A DNA stretch of 42,668 nucleotides from Octopus bimaculoides (lineage: Eukaryota), in NCBI RefSeq assembly GCF_001194135.2, contig NC_068984.1, forward strand, positions 82,630,246 through 82,672,913. The letters run 5' to 3'. The notes beneath the pieces were generated by a model. That model was not told the DNA's origin, ran no database searches, and saw only the letters and a program-made list of their open reading frames with translations. Below are positions 12,195 through 23,944 of the stretch, one piece after another. Within the stretch, counting starts at the first letter, position 1. The number at the start of each line of letters is the position of its first letter. The translations under genes and the position numbers were made by a program.

Positions 12195-12272
12195 TACCAA
12201 CTACCACAGGAACAGGCAGTGAAACAACAGGCACAGCTGTGTTTGGATTTGATAAACTAAAGGCTAAAACTG
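12195..12272 (+). CDS. ADHFE1: ADHFE1 exon 7 (78 nt): IPTTTGTGSETTGTAVFGFDKLKAKT
   Basis: TTTCTTTCAG acceptor, GTAAGT donor; PTTxGTGSE iron-ADH signature. Confidence 0.97.
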
Positions 12273-12767
12273 GTAAGTTATTACTCATCTTGTTATGGTT
12301 GTTATTTAACCCCTGGTTGATCCTAGTCAAGTAAACTTATGATTTGTAGGTAATTGGTCAATCAGCTTAGTATGATCCACACATCCACTGCACTAGATAT
12401 AACAAATCTCTGCCTAATTGAGAACTGTACTGTTACTGAATAGTTGTGTTTGGGATTATATTATGTAATGTATTCATCCTTTTTTGAAGATGGAAGGTTG
12501 TGTATTGAAGGACACTTGGCTATTCAAATGCATGTTTCAGTGAATTTGGATGTGAAAAGACCTTCCACTGTGGTTACAGTTCCGGTGAAAATGTTCTTCC
12601 TCTTGAACATGTTTGAAAACACATACTGAGCTATGAATGATGTCATGGATTGTATGATGCATGCAGTCCCTTGATCCATTGGATCCTGTCAAACCATTCA
12701 ACCTATACCAGCATCGAATATAGACATGCATCTGTATGTAAGGACAGACAGATGCGCACACACGCAT

Positions 12768-12776
<9 letters not shown>

Positions 12777-12852
<76 letters not shown>
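12777..12852. repeat. (CA)n microsatellite upstream of ADHFE1 exon 8
   Basis: Pure CA run. Confidence 0.98.
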
Positions 12853-12856
<4 letters not shown>

Positions 12857-12920
12857 TATAATTACTGGAGAGTTTTCTAAAAGAAGACTTTTTCCTCTCC
12901 TGCCTTTATTTATCTTGTAG

Positions 12921-13026
12921 GTATTTCCAATCGCTCTTTGCGACCAACATTAGGAATTTTGGATCCATTGAATGTGGTATCTCAGCCAGAACGGGTTGTT
13001 GCATACAGTGGCCTTGATGTTCTATG
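12921..13026 (+). CDS. ADHFE1: ADHFE1 exon 8 (106 nt): ISNRSLRPTLGILDPLNVVSQPERVVAYSGLDVL
   Basis: TCTTGTAG acceptor, GTAAGT donor; contains the metal-ligand Asp of GxDVL. Confidence 0.96.
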
Positions 13027-13910
13027 GTAAGTCTAGTTGCCAAAGTGTAAAATTTCCTTTATTTGACATGATTTTCAATTTCTCTTGTGTTCCATTCTTT
13101 AGGACATAGAACTATCTACTGAGAGACAATTGCTAAGCAGGTAGCATGCTAAACTACCAGCATATGATTTGTGAGTTCAAATTCCATGCAGACCTACAAT
13201 CATTGTATATTATTTCTGAGTTTGACACTTTATTCTACATACCTCACTTCACCTAGCTGTTAGGATTAGATACCAGGATGTTTGAGAAAATTGCATCTTA
13301 TAGACTGGTGTCTCTTTCAGGAGATATGCCTCTCGTCTGCTTAATGCTGCAGAAACTGGAATTAAGTATTGGTCTTTTTAAAAAGTTTTGTTTCATTGTT
13401 TTTATTTGATGGAAGGGGTTTCCCATGGCCTTTTCAGACTTCAATGTATCTCTTGAATAGTTGCAAAATGAGGATTGTAAGGATAACATGGAGAGAGAAA
13501 GAATTCAAGAGGGATGATGTCCTGGGGAGAAAGGTCTGTGTGTATGAGGTCTAGGGGTATGTGCAATGGGAAAAAAACGAGTGTTGAGAGTACCAGAGTG
13601 GAAGTGGTACAATGCCAACAAAATCCAAGAAGCAAAGGCCATTTGTATAAAAAGCACCGAGAGAAGTTGGTGTGCCTGTAGTCCAGAGGCTGGAGTGTAT
13701 TTGTGACTTTATGGCAATCAGTCTGGTGGCATTTTTTGGATAAATATAAAAAAGAAATTTAAAATCAACTATAGAGACTGATGCTGCATGAAATTTGAGA
13801 TGAGGTTTTGAATTTCCAGCCATGCAATTAATAGTTTGTTGTCTTAACCTCATAACCATTATGTCTCACTATGTTATTTCTTCATCAGTAATTTTGTTTC
13901 TATATTTCAG

Positions 13911-14063
13911 TCATGCATTAGAATCTTACACAGCCCTTCCTTATTATGAAAGAACTCCTAGAGCAAGCAGTCCTGAACTTCGGCCAGCCTACCAAGGCAG
14001 TAACCCTATTAGTGATATTTGGTCCCAAGCTGCACTTCAGGTGTGTGATAAATATCTTCAAAG
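13911..14063 (+). CDS. ADHFE1: ADHFE1 exon 9 (153 nt): HALESYTALPYYERTP...RPAYQGSNPISDIWSQAALQVCDKYLQ
   Basis: TATTTCAG acceptor, GTAAGT donor; HALESY and YQGSNPISD are specific to HOT/ADHFE1. Confidence 0.97.
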
Positions 14064-16232
14064 GTAAGTACCTTCAACACTTTATCTACTTCTACCATTT
14101 ATTTATTTAAATTGTAAAGAAACAAACAATATAATGTTGAGAGGACTCATTAATTTTCAAACTTTATAGTTCTGATGTCACAAAAAATTCACCTTGTGTA
14201 CTCTGTAAATTAGGAAGGGAATTCAGCTGTAGAATTTATGTTAGAAACTGAACAGACGAATGACCATGGTCTACTGACTTGTCTCGGAGAGCAGTAACTC
14301 TGAGTAAGAATGAAATTGGACAGTGATGACCTGTCTAAGTGGTGTCAGCATGGAGAGTGGATAAAATAATGATGATAATGATAGTAGTGATGATTGTCTT
14401 TTCTGTTTTATTCTACTGTTTAAATATATTCAGTAATTTTTTAAATATTTTTTAAATAGTTGTTTATCAGTGAATGAATTAATCTATAATATAAATTGAA
14501 GTTGGCCAACCGTTGTATTCTTTCTTGTCTTGAGGTTCACAGCCAAACGGCTGGGTGGATTCACGTGAAAAATGGCACACATGTGGAGACGGGTGCATAA
14601 ATTGGAACGCGCTTTCTATTTTTTTCCTAGCCCCCATACTTATAGAGAAAATCGATTAATACAACCTGCGTGCGTGCATGAATGTGAGTGTGTGTCACTG
14701 AAGCCATTCATACATATATATATAATAAATAAATAAACTGAATGATAAATTTCATTTATCTCTCTCTTTTTCTTTCTTTCTCTCTCTCTCTCTCATATAC
14801 ACATACACCATCAACATTACTCTCTCTGTCGCGCATACCCCTTTAAACATACACACTCACATACACACAGACATACGCACACACATCAATTCTCCCTTCT
14901 CACCAAAACTTCAAAAGAAGTTCAGTCATAAAACTCTCCATGTATCTTCATTCAATGCCCACTTCAAAAGATCGCCTTCCCTTTTCACTTGTCCAGCCAT
15001 TGATCGACAGATAAAACAAACCAACTCCTACTAAATGCAAAACTCCCACCAAAAATATACACACATACACACACAAACGGACATTTCATGTCTTTCAGTT
15101 TCTCTATGATTATACTCGCATCGAAAACAATAACTCATTTTAATCTTCAAGAGGTATGTATCAATTTCTATAATATAAATTGTTTTTCTATAAGTGTATA
15201 ACAATTACTCATTTCATACTTCACTTTTCTTAAATTGGATATGTCTGCTATTAATTCTTACACACAATTTTCCTGTTCATTCTTACAGCTTCATTTTCTG
15301 TTAAAGCAATTCTTAACGTCAACTTCTTAACATAATATGTAGAATTCTCACATTAATACAGTAGGGTGTTTTGAGGGAGATTTAACTGCTATTTCTACCA
15401 GGTCTACCTACCATGTAGAGGTCTGAACTTATTTTTCATTCACAGATTTGCATTTCAAATGTTATTCTGCCATTAACACCAGTTGCTTTCTCTCTCACAT
15501 ACCCCCCCCCATACACACGCATGTCCATTTCATATATCTTTTAATTTCTGCTCTCTGCAAATAAAATTTTTACGGATAAAACTGCTTACAAAAATTTGCA
15601 GTTAATGCATAATTTCTTTCTATGTTCATAATTAAATAAATCTTTTAATGATTAGACAGACGTCCAATAGAATAGTTCTCACAAACAGACTACGTACAAA
15701 TTCTTTCTTCACAACTCCTGAAGCCATTTTCTGACAGGAGAGGGTGAAATCTGCATACAGCTGGAGGCTCCAATCGAAACAGGACACGAAATGATCAGGT
15801 TGAGAAATGCTGTTATAGATTATGCCGAACCCAAAACAATCACAGCCACATCATCCAAACAGACCGGGTTTAGCTGCTAGTATTATATAACTTGACTAAA
15901 TAGATTAGTAGTATTGATAAGATTATAATCTTTTAGATTTTAATTAATCTCATCTTTAATGTTGAAAGATTTTTTAAACATTTACATCTACACTATGCTT
16001 CAATCAGTTTGATCTTTGGTTGTCATTGGGTATCTTATTTCTGGATATATATATATATATAGCACCAGAGTAGCTTTGAGTTAGGAACCTTCATTTATCT
16101 ACTAGGTCATTGACAAATGTGTGTCTATCAGTCAGGTCCTAAAGATAGCTAAGGATAAGATACCTGATAAGAAAAAGAGAAAACTAATTGAAACTTACTG
16201 TAATATAAATATATATTAAAAAATTATATTCA

Positions 16233-16385
16233 GGCATGGCTGTGTGGTTAGGAAGCTAGGAGCCACATGGTTTCAGGTTCAGTCCCATTGCATGGTAAAT
16301 CGGACAAGTGTCTTCTGCTATAACCTCGGGCTGACCGAAGCCTTGTGATTGAATTTGGTAGGCAGAAGCTATCGTTGTATGTATA
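16233..16385 (+). mobile_element. tRNA-derived SINE (third family)
   Basis: GGCATGGCTGTGTGGTTAGG...GGTTCAGTCCC...ACAAGTGTCTTC...GCCTTGTG; reverse copies near 10440-10570 and 33950-34040. Confidence 0.7.
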
Positions 16386-16699
16386 AGTGCTTGTGCCTCC
16401 TAAATGCTTGATACACTGGGTATATCCTGGTTTTAGAATTGGTATACTGGTTCCAAAGCAAACTTCTCAAACACAGTCATACCTGTGCATTAAATATATT
16501 CATTACTATTTAATATTGAACATGTTCTAATGTGTTCAGAAAGCTAGTGTAAGTTAAATATTTAAGTGATATACTAGATGGATACTGTATGTACCAAGTA
16601 TGTACCAAACTCATGAAATTTTACAGTTTTTTTCCAAACTTTTAATGTAAACAAATATATATGTTATCTTATATTCATTTTCCTTTCAAATTTTTCCAG

Positions 16700-16798
16700 A
16701 GCAGTTGACAACCAAGATGATTTAGAAGCCATATCTAATTTACAACTAGCCAGTAGTTTTGCTGCTGTTGGTTTTGGAAATTCTGGTGTCCATTTATG
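16700..16798 (+). CDS. ADHFE1: ADHFE1 exon 10 (99 nt): AVDNQDDLEAISNLQLASSFAAVGFGNSGVHL
   Basis: TTTTTCCAG acceptor, GTAAGC donor; GFGNxGVHL motif. Confidence 0.96.
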
Positions 16799-17225
16799 GT
16801 AAGCATGTCATGATTTTGATCCTCATTGTCACTGTTTCAGTATCTGGATTTTCTTCATATTAGGTTTGGCCAAACCAATTTTTAGAATAATAAATTTCCA
16901 TTCTTATTGTTAAAGAACCTTTATAAATACCATTGTTTTTTTTTTTCTTTTTTAAATTTTCCATTAAAATCATACCTTAATGATGTTTCTACATATCTTG
17001 GTAACAAGGAGTGTTTTGACTGATATAAACTTATATGACACACAATAACAGCTGCATTAAACTAGTGTTTATCATGTTTTAATGTCTTTTAAAGTAATTA
17101 ATTTGACTTGTTCTACCCAAGTATAATATAATTCTTATTGCAAGGGTTTGAATATCTGAATCTCTGCCTGGGCCAGCTTGTATTTAAGTTCTAATCACTG
17201 TCTTTTTTTCTGTCACCATGTACAG

Positions 17226-17304
17226 CCATGCTATATCTTATCCAATTGCTGGATTAGCTAGAGACTATCAAGCTGAAGGTTATCCCACTGACAAACCTAT
17301 TATT
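17226..17304 (+). CDS. ADHFE1: ADHFE1 exon 11 (79 nt): HAISYPIAGLARDYQAEGYPTDKPII
   Basis: TACAG acceptor, GTAAGT donor; matches human HGMSYPISGL. Confidence 0.95.
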
Positions 17305-18130
17305 GTAAGTATACAAACTTTACTTCCACTGCTGACTTTTGGCTTTGTTTTTAGTTAGAGTGACCATATTTTTTTTTAATACACAACCACGACAGGAAAG
17401 GATCTGTTTATTCACTCAAAAACATTTGTATCTTTCATGTATGAGAGTAAGATTTATCAATAGTATACTTTGTTAAACCATTTATTTAACAAAAAAAAGA
17501 AACAAAAAACTAGTGCAGCTAATCAGTGATACTATACTTATTTGAAGTTTTTGTTGTTTTACCAATACTTACTTTTCATTTTTAATGATTTCATTGAATT
17601 TCAAACAATCTATATCTTTGACATTAAAAATACAAGCATTGATTGTTGAAACATTGTTTGTTTCATTTGTCAAACAATTGAGTATCATTTAGAGAGAAAC
17701 CTATTTTCGCTATCAATGCTGTTATATCCTGGAACTGGAAATAAAGGGAAACACAATTTCAACAATTAAACCTTGGGAGAAGCATTATACCGGTAATAAA
17801 CACATGCACTGGTTCAGTCCTTTATTAATTTATATAGTTTTTTGTTAAATTATTTCATTGCACTCTTGCAATCTCTTCAGTAACTTGTCTCTCCACTTCC
17901 AAGGTTTAATTGTATTTCTTTCAACACACGTATCCACATCAAGAATCTTGCACACGAAATACACATACGAAATACAATTTCAACAGTTTACATTTTTTGT
18001 TCTACAAATTCTATTTGTCTAGAAATAAGATACCATTTCTCTTGACAGTTTTTCTTTTTCCAGTCCAAATAATTCTTAATTTCATTTGGTACAATTTTTA
18101 TCAAAATGTTTTCATTGTACAAAGTTTATC

Positions 18131-18432
18131 NNNNNNNNNNNNNNNNNNNNNNNNNNNNNNNNNNNNNNNNNNNNNNNNNNNNNNNNNNNNNNNNNNNNNN
18201 NNNNNNNNNNNNNNNNNNNNNNNNNNNNNNNNNNNNNNNNNNNNNNNNNNNNNNNNNNNNNNNNNNNNNNNNNNNNNNNNNNNNNNNNNNNNNNNNNNNN
18301 NNNNNNNNNNNNNNNNNNNNNNNNNNNNNNNNNNNNNNNNNNNNNNNNNNNNNNNNNNNNNNNNNNNNNNNNNNNNNNNNNNNNNNNNNNNNNNNNNNNN
18401 NNNNNNNNNNNNNNNNNNNNNNNNNNNNNNNN
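18131..18432. other. Assembly gap (302 N)
   Basis: Run of N. Confidence 1.
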
Positions 18433-19899
18433 NTCCACTCTGGAGACTTACCAATGTAAAAAATCAAATTGGCGTAAGTTGTTTTTGCCATTTTACAAGA
18501 TAATTTGATATTGTATGAAAATTCAATAATATTGCTTTTGAAATTTTTAACTCTCTTGTCATTTTGAAAATTCTTTAGAATTTCCTCAGTTTGGCTAGAG
18601 AGGAAAACATTGACAATTTTAAATTGTATTATTTCAATACAATTGAAATAATGCAGAATTGTTTGATGGTTAGAAAAAAAAAATGCTTTGCAGTATTTGT
18701 TCTGGTTCTTCACATTCTGAGTTCAAATCCCATTGAGACCAACTTTGCCTTTCATCCTTTCAGGGTTATAAGTACCTGTTGAGTTGTGGGGTCAATGCAA
18801 CTGAAGAACTCTATCCTCCTAAAATTGCTGGCTTGTGCGAAAGTTTGAAACCATTGTTTTCTATAGTTTCAAAAACTATCTCTTTTACCTCAGGGATCTT
18901 TTGATCTGATTTTTCTACTTTGAAATTTATGTCTTTTAGAATTCAAGAAAAATTATTTAAGACATTAAGGTATAGCTCATCAAAAGGATGGTTAAATTTT
19001 AAAAATGACTAAAAAAATGGAGCTTTTTCTATAGGTAAAAAATAACAATTCTAAAATACACTTTATAAACCCTGGAAAGTGAGATAATAGTATTTTGTAT
19101 TAAATGTCAACAAAAGAACAGAAATCAGTCATTCTAACTTGTAGTTTTCACAGTTGAGTAAAAAAAGAGTAAAGTTACGTTGCTGCTAAATCAATAACAA
19201 GTTCATGTCTATCAGAAATAAGTTGAATTGAGTAATGTGATAAGCAAGAACGTAATTTTAACATTCGAAATATTTTTCAATTGATAAAAAACCTTTTCCT
19301 GAACTTTACTATTAGTTCTTCCAAAATTCTAATTAGTATCATCTGCTCCAAATGCCATATATTTTTCTTTAAGTATTTTGTTATCATCCCAGCATTTCTT
19401 TATGTAATTAGCTATAGTTTCTGCCTCTTCCTTAGACAAAGTATTCAATGTAAAACCATTACTTGCTTCACTTTTTGTCTGTATAAAAAGGCAATAATTA
19501 AAGTAAAACATTTTCTGTTCTATGGCTTATCAGCTGTTAGAATTCTGTGAAAACTGTAGTTTTCTAAAATTTTAAAACTTAACAGGAAGAAGTGAAAAAA
19601 TATTTTTGTGCAAAAAAATAACCTTTTTTCTTGAGCAAGAAAACTCTTTTAGCTCATTGTGAATCTGGAAAGATTTCAGTGAACAGCTTCAATAAATAAT
19701 CTGTACTTAATGATTTGCTGATGTTTCACCACATGATTGGTCAGTGTTATTTCAAAGATAATTACTCAATCATGTCATATCCTGAAGATTCTATTTAAAT
19801 AATAATAATAATTTTGAAGATGAAATATTTGATTGGAAGTTAGAGGTTCATTTGAATACGATCCTTGATATCTGACTTTCCCCCATGGTTAATATTTGC

Positions 19900-20100
19900 T
19901 TTCAAATTTTGGCACAAGATCAGCAATTTCAGGGAAGTAGCTAGGTCGATTACATTGACCCCAGTAATCAATTGGTACTTATTTTATTGACCCTGAAAAG
20001 ATGAAAAAGTCAACCTCGGCAGAATTTGAGCACAATGTAAATACGGATAAAATGCCACTAAGCATTTTTCCTGCCGTGTTAATTATTCTGCCAGTCTACT
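19900..20100 (-). mobile_element. tRNA-SINE of the 7059 family in reverse orientation (a forward decayed copy lies at about 18690-18850)
   Basis: TTGACCCCAGT...TACTTATTTTATTGACCC...GAAAAAGTCAACCTCGGCAGAATTTGA is the reverse complement of the 7059 body. Confidence 0.8.
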
Positions 20101-21232
20101 GTCTTCAGTAATGAAACACTGGTATTAATGAAACACTGGCATGTTTTACATTGCACTTCATTATTTTCAATTCTTCTTTTTCAATATAGCTTCATTCTTC
20201 TTCATAAGTGCTGGTAGTAAAGTTTCTTTTAGGCATTGTTGTGAATGTATATTCATTTGTTGTAAGATAAACTGTATATTTAACATGGCAATAGTAAGTA
20301 GTATGCTAAAAATAGCAGCTGAATGACAAGATGTGATAGAGAAGCAAGAAAACTGTTTCTTTCATTAAATCTATCATTTAATGACCACTATCCAAGCTAG
20401 TTGAAAGTGGTCATTAAATGATAATGAATTTATTGGTTGATGAAGGTGTAGTTCTGCCAAAAAAATGGAAATTGTTGGTCGGATAATTTTATCCTTGGAC
20501 ACAGTTGCACTGTTCAAATCCTGACCTGCTGCAGGCATAATATAAACTGGGTTGAAGTGAATGTGTTCAAGACATGTGAATAGTAAGCATATACTTTAAT
20601 GAAAATTGAATAAACAATATCTCAATTAAAGTGGTACTCCATAAAAGCTAAAAAGTTTTTGGGAAGCAAAAAATTATTAAAAAAAACATAAAAATTAACT
20701 GGAAAATATTAAGAAAATTTATTTTTGAAATTAAAAGACAAACAAGAAACTTTAAGATAAATCACTATCCTGGAGTATTGTTTCAGGAGAATGGGACCAT
20801 TGTTTGAAAACTGGGATGAATCCTGGAAAACCAGGATGGCTGGATGCCTTATTTTCAGAGGTTTAGCAACATGTAACTGGAACTAGGGATGATTGTTTTA
20901 GCATGAAATGGTGACTATGATTTTAAAAGCAGGTTTTTGTGACAAATATTTTTGTGTGAATATCTCCCTGGGGTTTATTCCAACTCTTTTTTTTATTCAT
21001 ACCAAGTTATATGGGTTTTTGTAGCAGTCAGCCTCACTAGTGGGGCTGTGTAAATGATTTACAGATTCAATATTTAAAAGAATAGAGACCTTTGTGGTAG
21101 CTTGTCAATATTTTAAAAATGTAATATTTTCCCCACTCTCTAACTCAGTGATTGCTGTTGTTGGTGTTGAATACTTAATCCCATCCATACAGCACTATGG
21201 TGACTAATTGAATATTTGATGAGCATCAAGTA

Positions 21233-21395
21233 TCATCATCATCATCGTTTAACGTCTGCTTTCCATGCTAGCATGGGTTGGACGATTTGACTGAGGACTG
21301 GTGAAACCAGATGGCTCCAATCTGATTTGGCAGAGTTTCTACAGCTGGATGCCCTTCCTAACGCCAACCACTCCAAGAATGTAGTAGGTGCTTTT
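21233..21395 (-). mobile_element. Young RTE 3'-end copy (intron 11)
   Basis: (TCA)n-TCGTTTAACGTCTGCTTTCCATGCTAGCATGGG...GCCAACCACTCC...GGTGCTTTT. Confidence 0.85.
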
Positions 21396-21794
21396 GTCCC
21401 TTAGATTTAGTACTCTAGTTGTGTTGTACTTCACAGATTTAGTTAGGGGTGAGACAAAACTACTTAGTGCTACATGTGTTGGTGGTAATGATGGCATGGC
21501 TTGTCATGGTTGTGAAGTAGCAGAAAAGGTGGCCAAAATAAATAAACCACTGTTGATATTTACTAAGAGACACCATCTATAGGAAAAGCAATATTAAAAT
21601 CTGTGTTAGTATATTAAATGTATGTATTACAACTTTGTGATTCTTATTTCTTTTGACTTATGGTGATCTGAAAAGTAACAGATATGCAGCTTAACTGTAA
21701 ATTCTTTCTTCTATCATATTAAGTATAGTGCCATGTATATTAGGAAGAAATGTTTATAATGCCTGGTTCTAGCCATCTCTCCATTCTTTGACAG

Positions 21795-21891
21795 CCCCAT
21801 GGACTCTCAGTTATAATTACATCACCTGCAGTATTCAGTGCAACTGCAATGTCTTGTCCACAGCGTCATTTGAATGGAGCTAGTTTCTTGG
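21795..21891 (+). CDS. ADHFE1: ADHFE1 exon 12 (97 nt): [32 protein letters not shown]
   Basis: TTTGACAG acceptor, GTAAGT donor; PHG metal-ligand motif. Confidence 0.96.
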
Positions 21892-22699
21892 GTAAGTAAC
21901 ATTTTGCTACCTTTTGTTTCTTGTGAAAATGGTTGAGTGAATGGTGTATTATTATTTCAACAAGTACTGTGAGGATTATACTTTGATGATGAAATTGGAA
22001 TAAGGGCAAAACATATCCATCCTTACTGGAAAATGCAAATAATATTACTTTCTAACACATACAAGATCACACATTTTGAAGATAGAGAACATAACTGATT
22101 AAACAGACCCCTACTCCACAGTACTTGGTTGGCCGTAGCTGGATTTAAACTTGGAACAGAAAAAGATGTAACTAAATATCACAGGCCATTTTTTCCAGTC
22201 TACCATTCTTGGAAATGCAAACAATATTAGCCATTGGCAACTATTGTGTTTGTTTGTTTATGTAATCTGCATAATTATCTCATTAGCTTTTTTATTGCAC
22301 CCTACATCAAATATCTTAGTAATGTCTGTCAATCCATCTCATATTTATTTGTAGTTAGGTTTTTTTTTTTTTTTTGCTTTCATACATTAAATGTTAATAC
22401 TAACTTAACTAAGGAATAAACAGCTGAGAGATTGGTAGTTTATATATATTGACTCTGCATAAATCTCAGAACACATGTCCCACAAACTGGAATTTATTTT
22501 AGTTTATTTCAAATTTTATAATTTTTTTTGCTGTTGGACGGGTCAAACATGTCCAGGGGAGATAATTTTATCAGAAACATTCGAGATGCTCGGTTTTTTT
22601 TTTTTTCGTTTTTGGCCAAATAAACACACACGCTATATATTTTTTCTTCACTTGTTTATTACTGTTCATATTTTATTATTTTAACTCATGTCCATTGTC

Positions 22700-22848
22700 C
22701 AGAAATCTTTCTTCACATATCTGTGACCTCTTCAGCGACACTTTTCGTTTTCGTGTGTATTCTTGCTCCACTTACTCCACAGAACAGAGTAAGTGGAACA
22801 AGAACACACACGGAAATGAAAAGTGTCGAGGTCACAGATATATTTCTG
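22700..22848. repeat. Long imperfect palindrome (hairpin) in ADHFE1 intron 12
   Basis: ATATCTGTGACCT/AGGTCACAGATAT, CGACACTTTTC/GAAAAGTGTCG and TCCACTTACTC/GAGTAAGTGGA pair around a 9-nt loop. Confidence 0.9.
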
Positions 22849-23299
22849 TAATTCTTTAAACCACAAAACATTACCACCAACCCATCCACACTACATTATA
22901 TTTCTCCATTGCTTCAATATTTTGTCAGTGATGTACAAACGAAATGAATAAAATTACAATGCAAATGAGACAGCCATCTTGCTTCCACTGCGAAATGAAA
23001 CCATGGATTCCTTTTCCTTTAAACCTTTACATTTTACATAATAATTTCTAGTCCCATTTCGAGGTGAAACTGCAACTTCCCTTTTGGATTCACCTTACAA
23101 TTTTAAAATTTTTAAACAAATATTCATCCATGATTTACTTTTTTTTTCCTTTTTTAAACCAAAGAGTCAAACCAAATGTTTTTCCAGTTTTCACAGTTTC
23201 TAATTAAATTACGACTTACCACTTCATCTTCTCCTTTTCGTTCACATGATTCACCACCGAGGTGTGAGGTTCAACATTCACCTCCAGCCTAAGTGGGTT

Positions 23300-23870
23300 C
23301 AGTCTCTCACAATGTCTTTCAATTTTGCAATCTTTTAAGTTTGGGTTGTCCTATATCTCACTTTTTGTTTGTGTTTTGCATGTTTCTCTTTTTTTCTCTA
23401 TATTTCTGTAATTTTTGGCTTTCTTGTGATTGTATCTGTGTGTTCATGTATTTGTGTGTCTGCATGTTCATTTGACTGTAATTCTATGTGTTTCGTCTGT
23501 GTGTCTATGTCTTTAGGTTTCCGTAATTTTGGGTTGTCTTGTTTCTGTTCGTTATTACTTGTGTGCTTTTGCATGTCTATGTGTTTGAATGTGTGCCGGT
23601 CTGAATGACTCTGTACTTGTAAGTCCTTTACTGGTAAAACTTCTCCGTTTCTCGTCATGGGTTGGGTTTCCTCTTCCATTGCTTTGCACTTCTTCAATTC
23701 CACTGTTGTTGGTGACTTCCTTCTCTCTCTTTTTCAGTCCTGGTTTAGGACGAATGATGTAATTTATCCCCAGGAGACATTGTCTCCAGTTGGCTATACG
23801 ACACGATCTGTGTCCTTATATTTTTGAACAAGAGAATCCAGCTCAAAACAATATGTGTATCGTAATTTCT
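23300..23870 (-). mobile_element. Possible decayed LINE ORF1 (gag-like) remnant
   Basis: Strand-biased, K/E/T/Q-rich broken minus frames (ORF 23398..23703) with a degenerate YCF motif upstream; no diagnostic motif intact. Confidence 0.25.
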
Positions 23871-23944
23871 CTTCATCAGACTGCCATGTTATGTTGGCAA
23901 ATTATCTTTACCTCAAAGTACTGTTGCTGAATATTTCTCATTGT

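Larger units (their letters stand above)
17800..20852 (-). mobile_element. Heavily decayed hAT (Blackjack-like) DNA transposon in ADHFE1 intron 11, interrupted by SINEs and a gap
   Basis: Minus-strand remnants IFPDSQ*AK, EAETIANYIKK...AFGADDTN and CKTCQC; terminal sequence ...CCTGGAAAACCAGGATGGCTGGATGCCTTA resembles Blackjack-type TAGGG TIRs. Left boundary uncertain. Confidence 0.55.
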
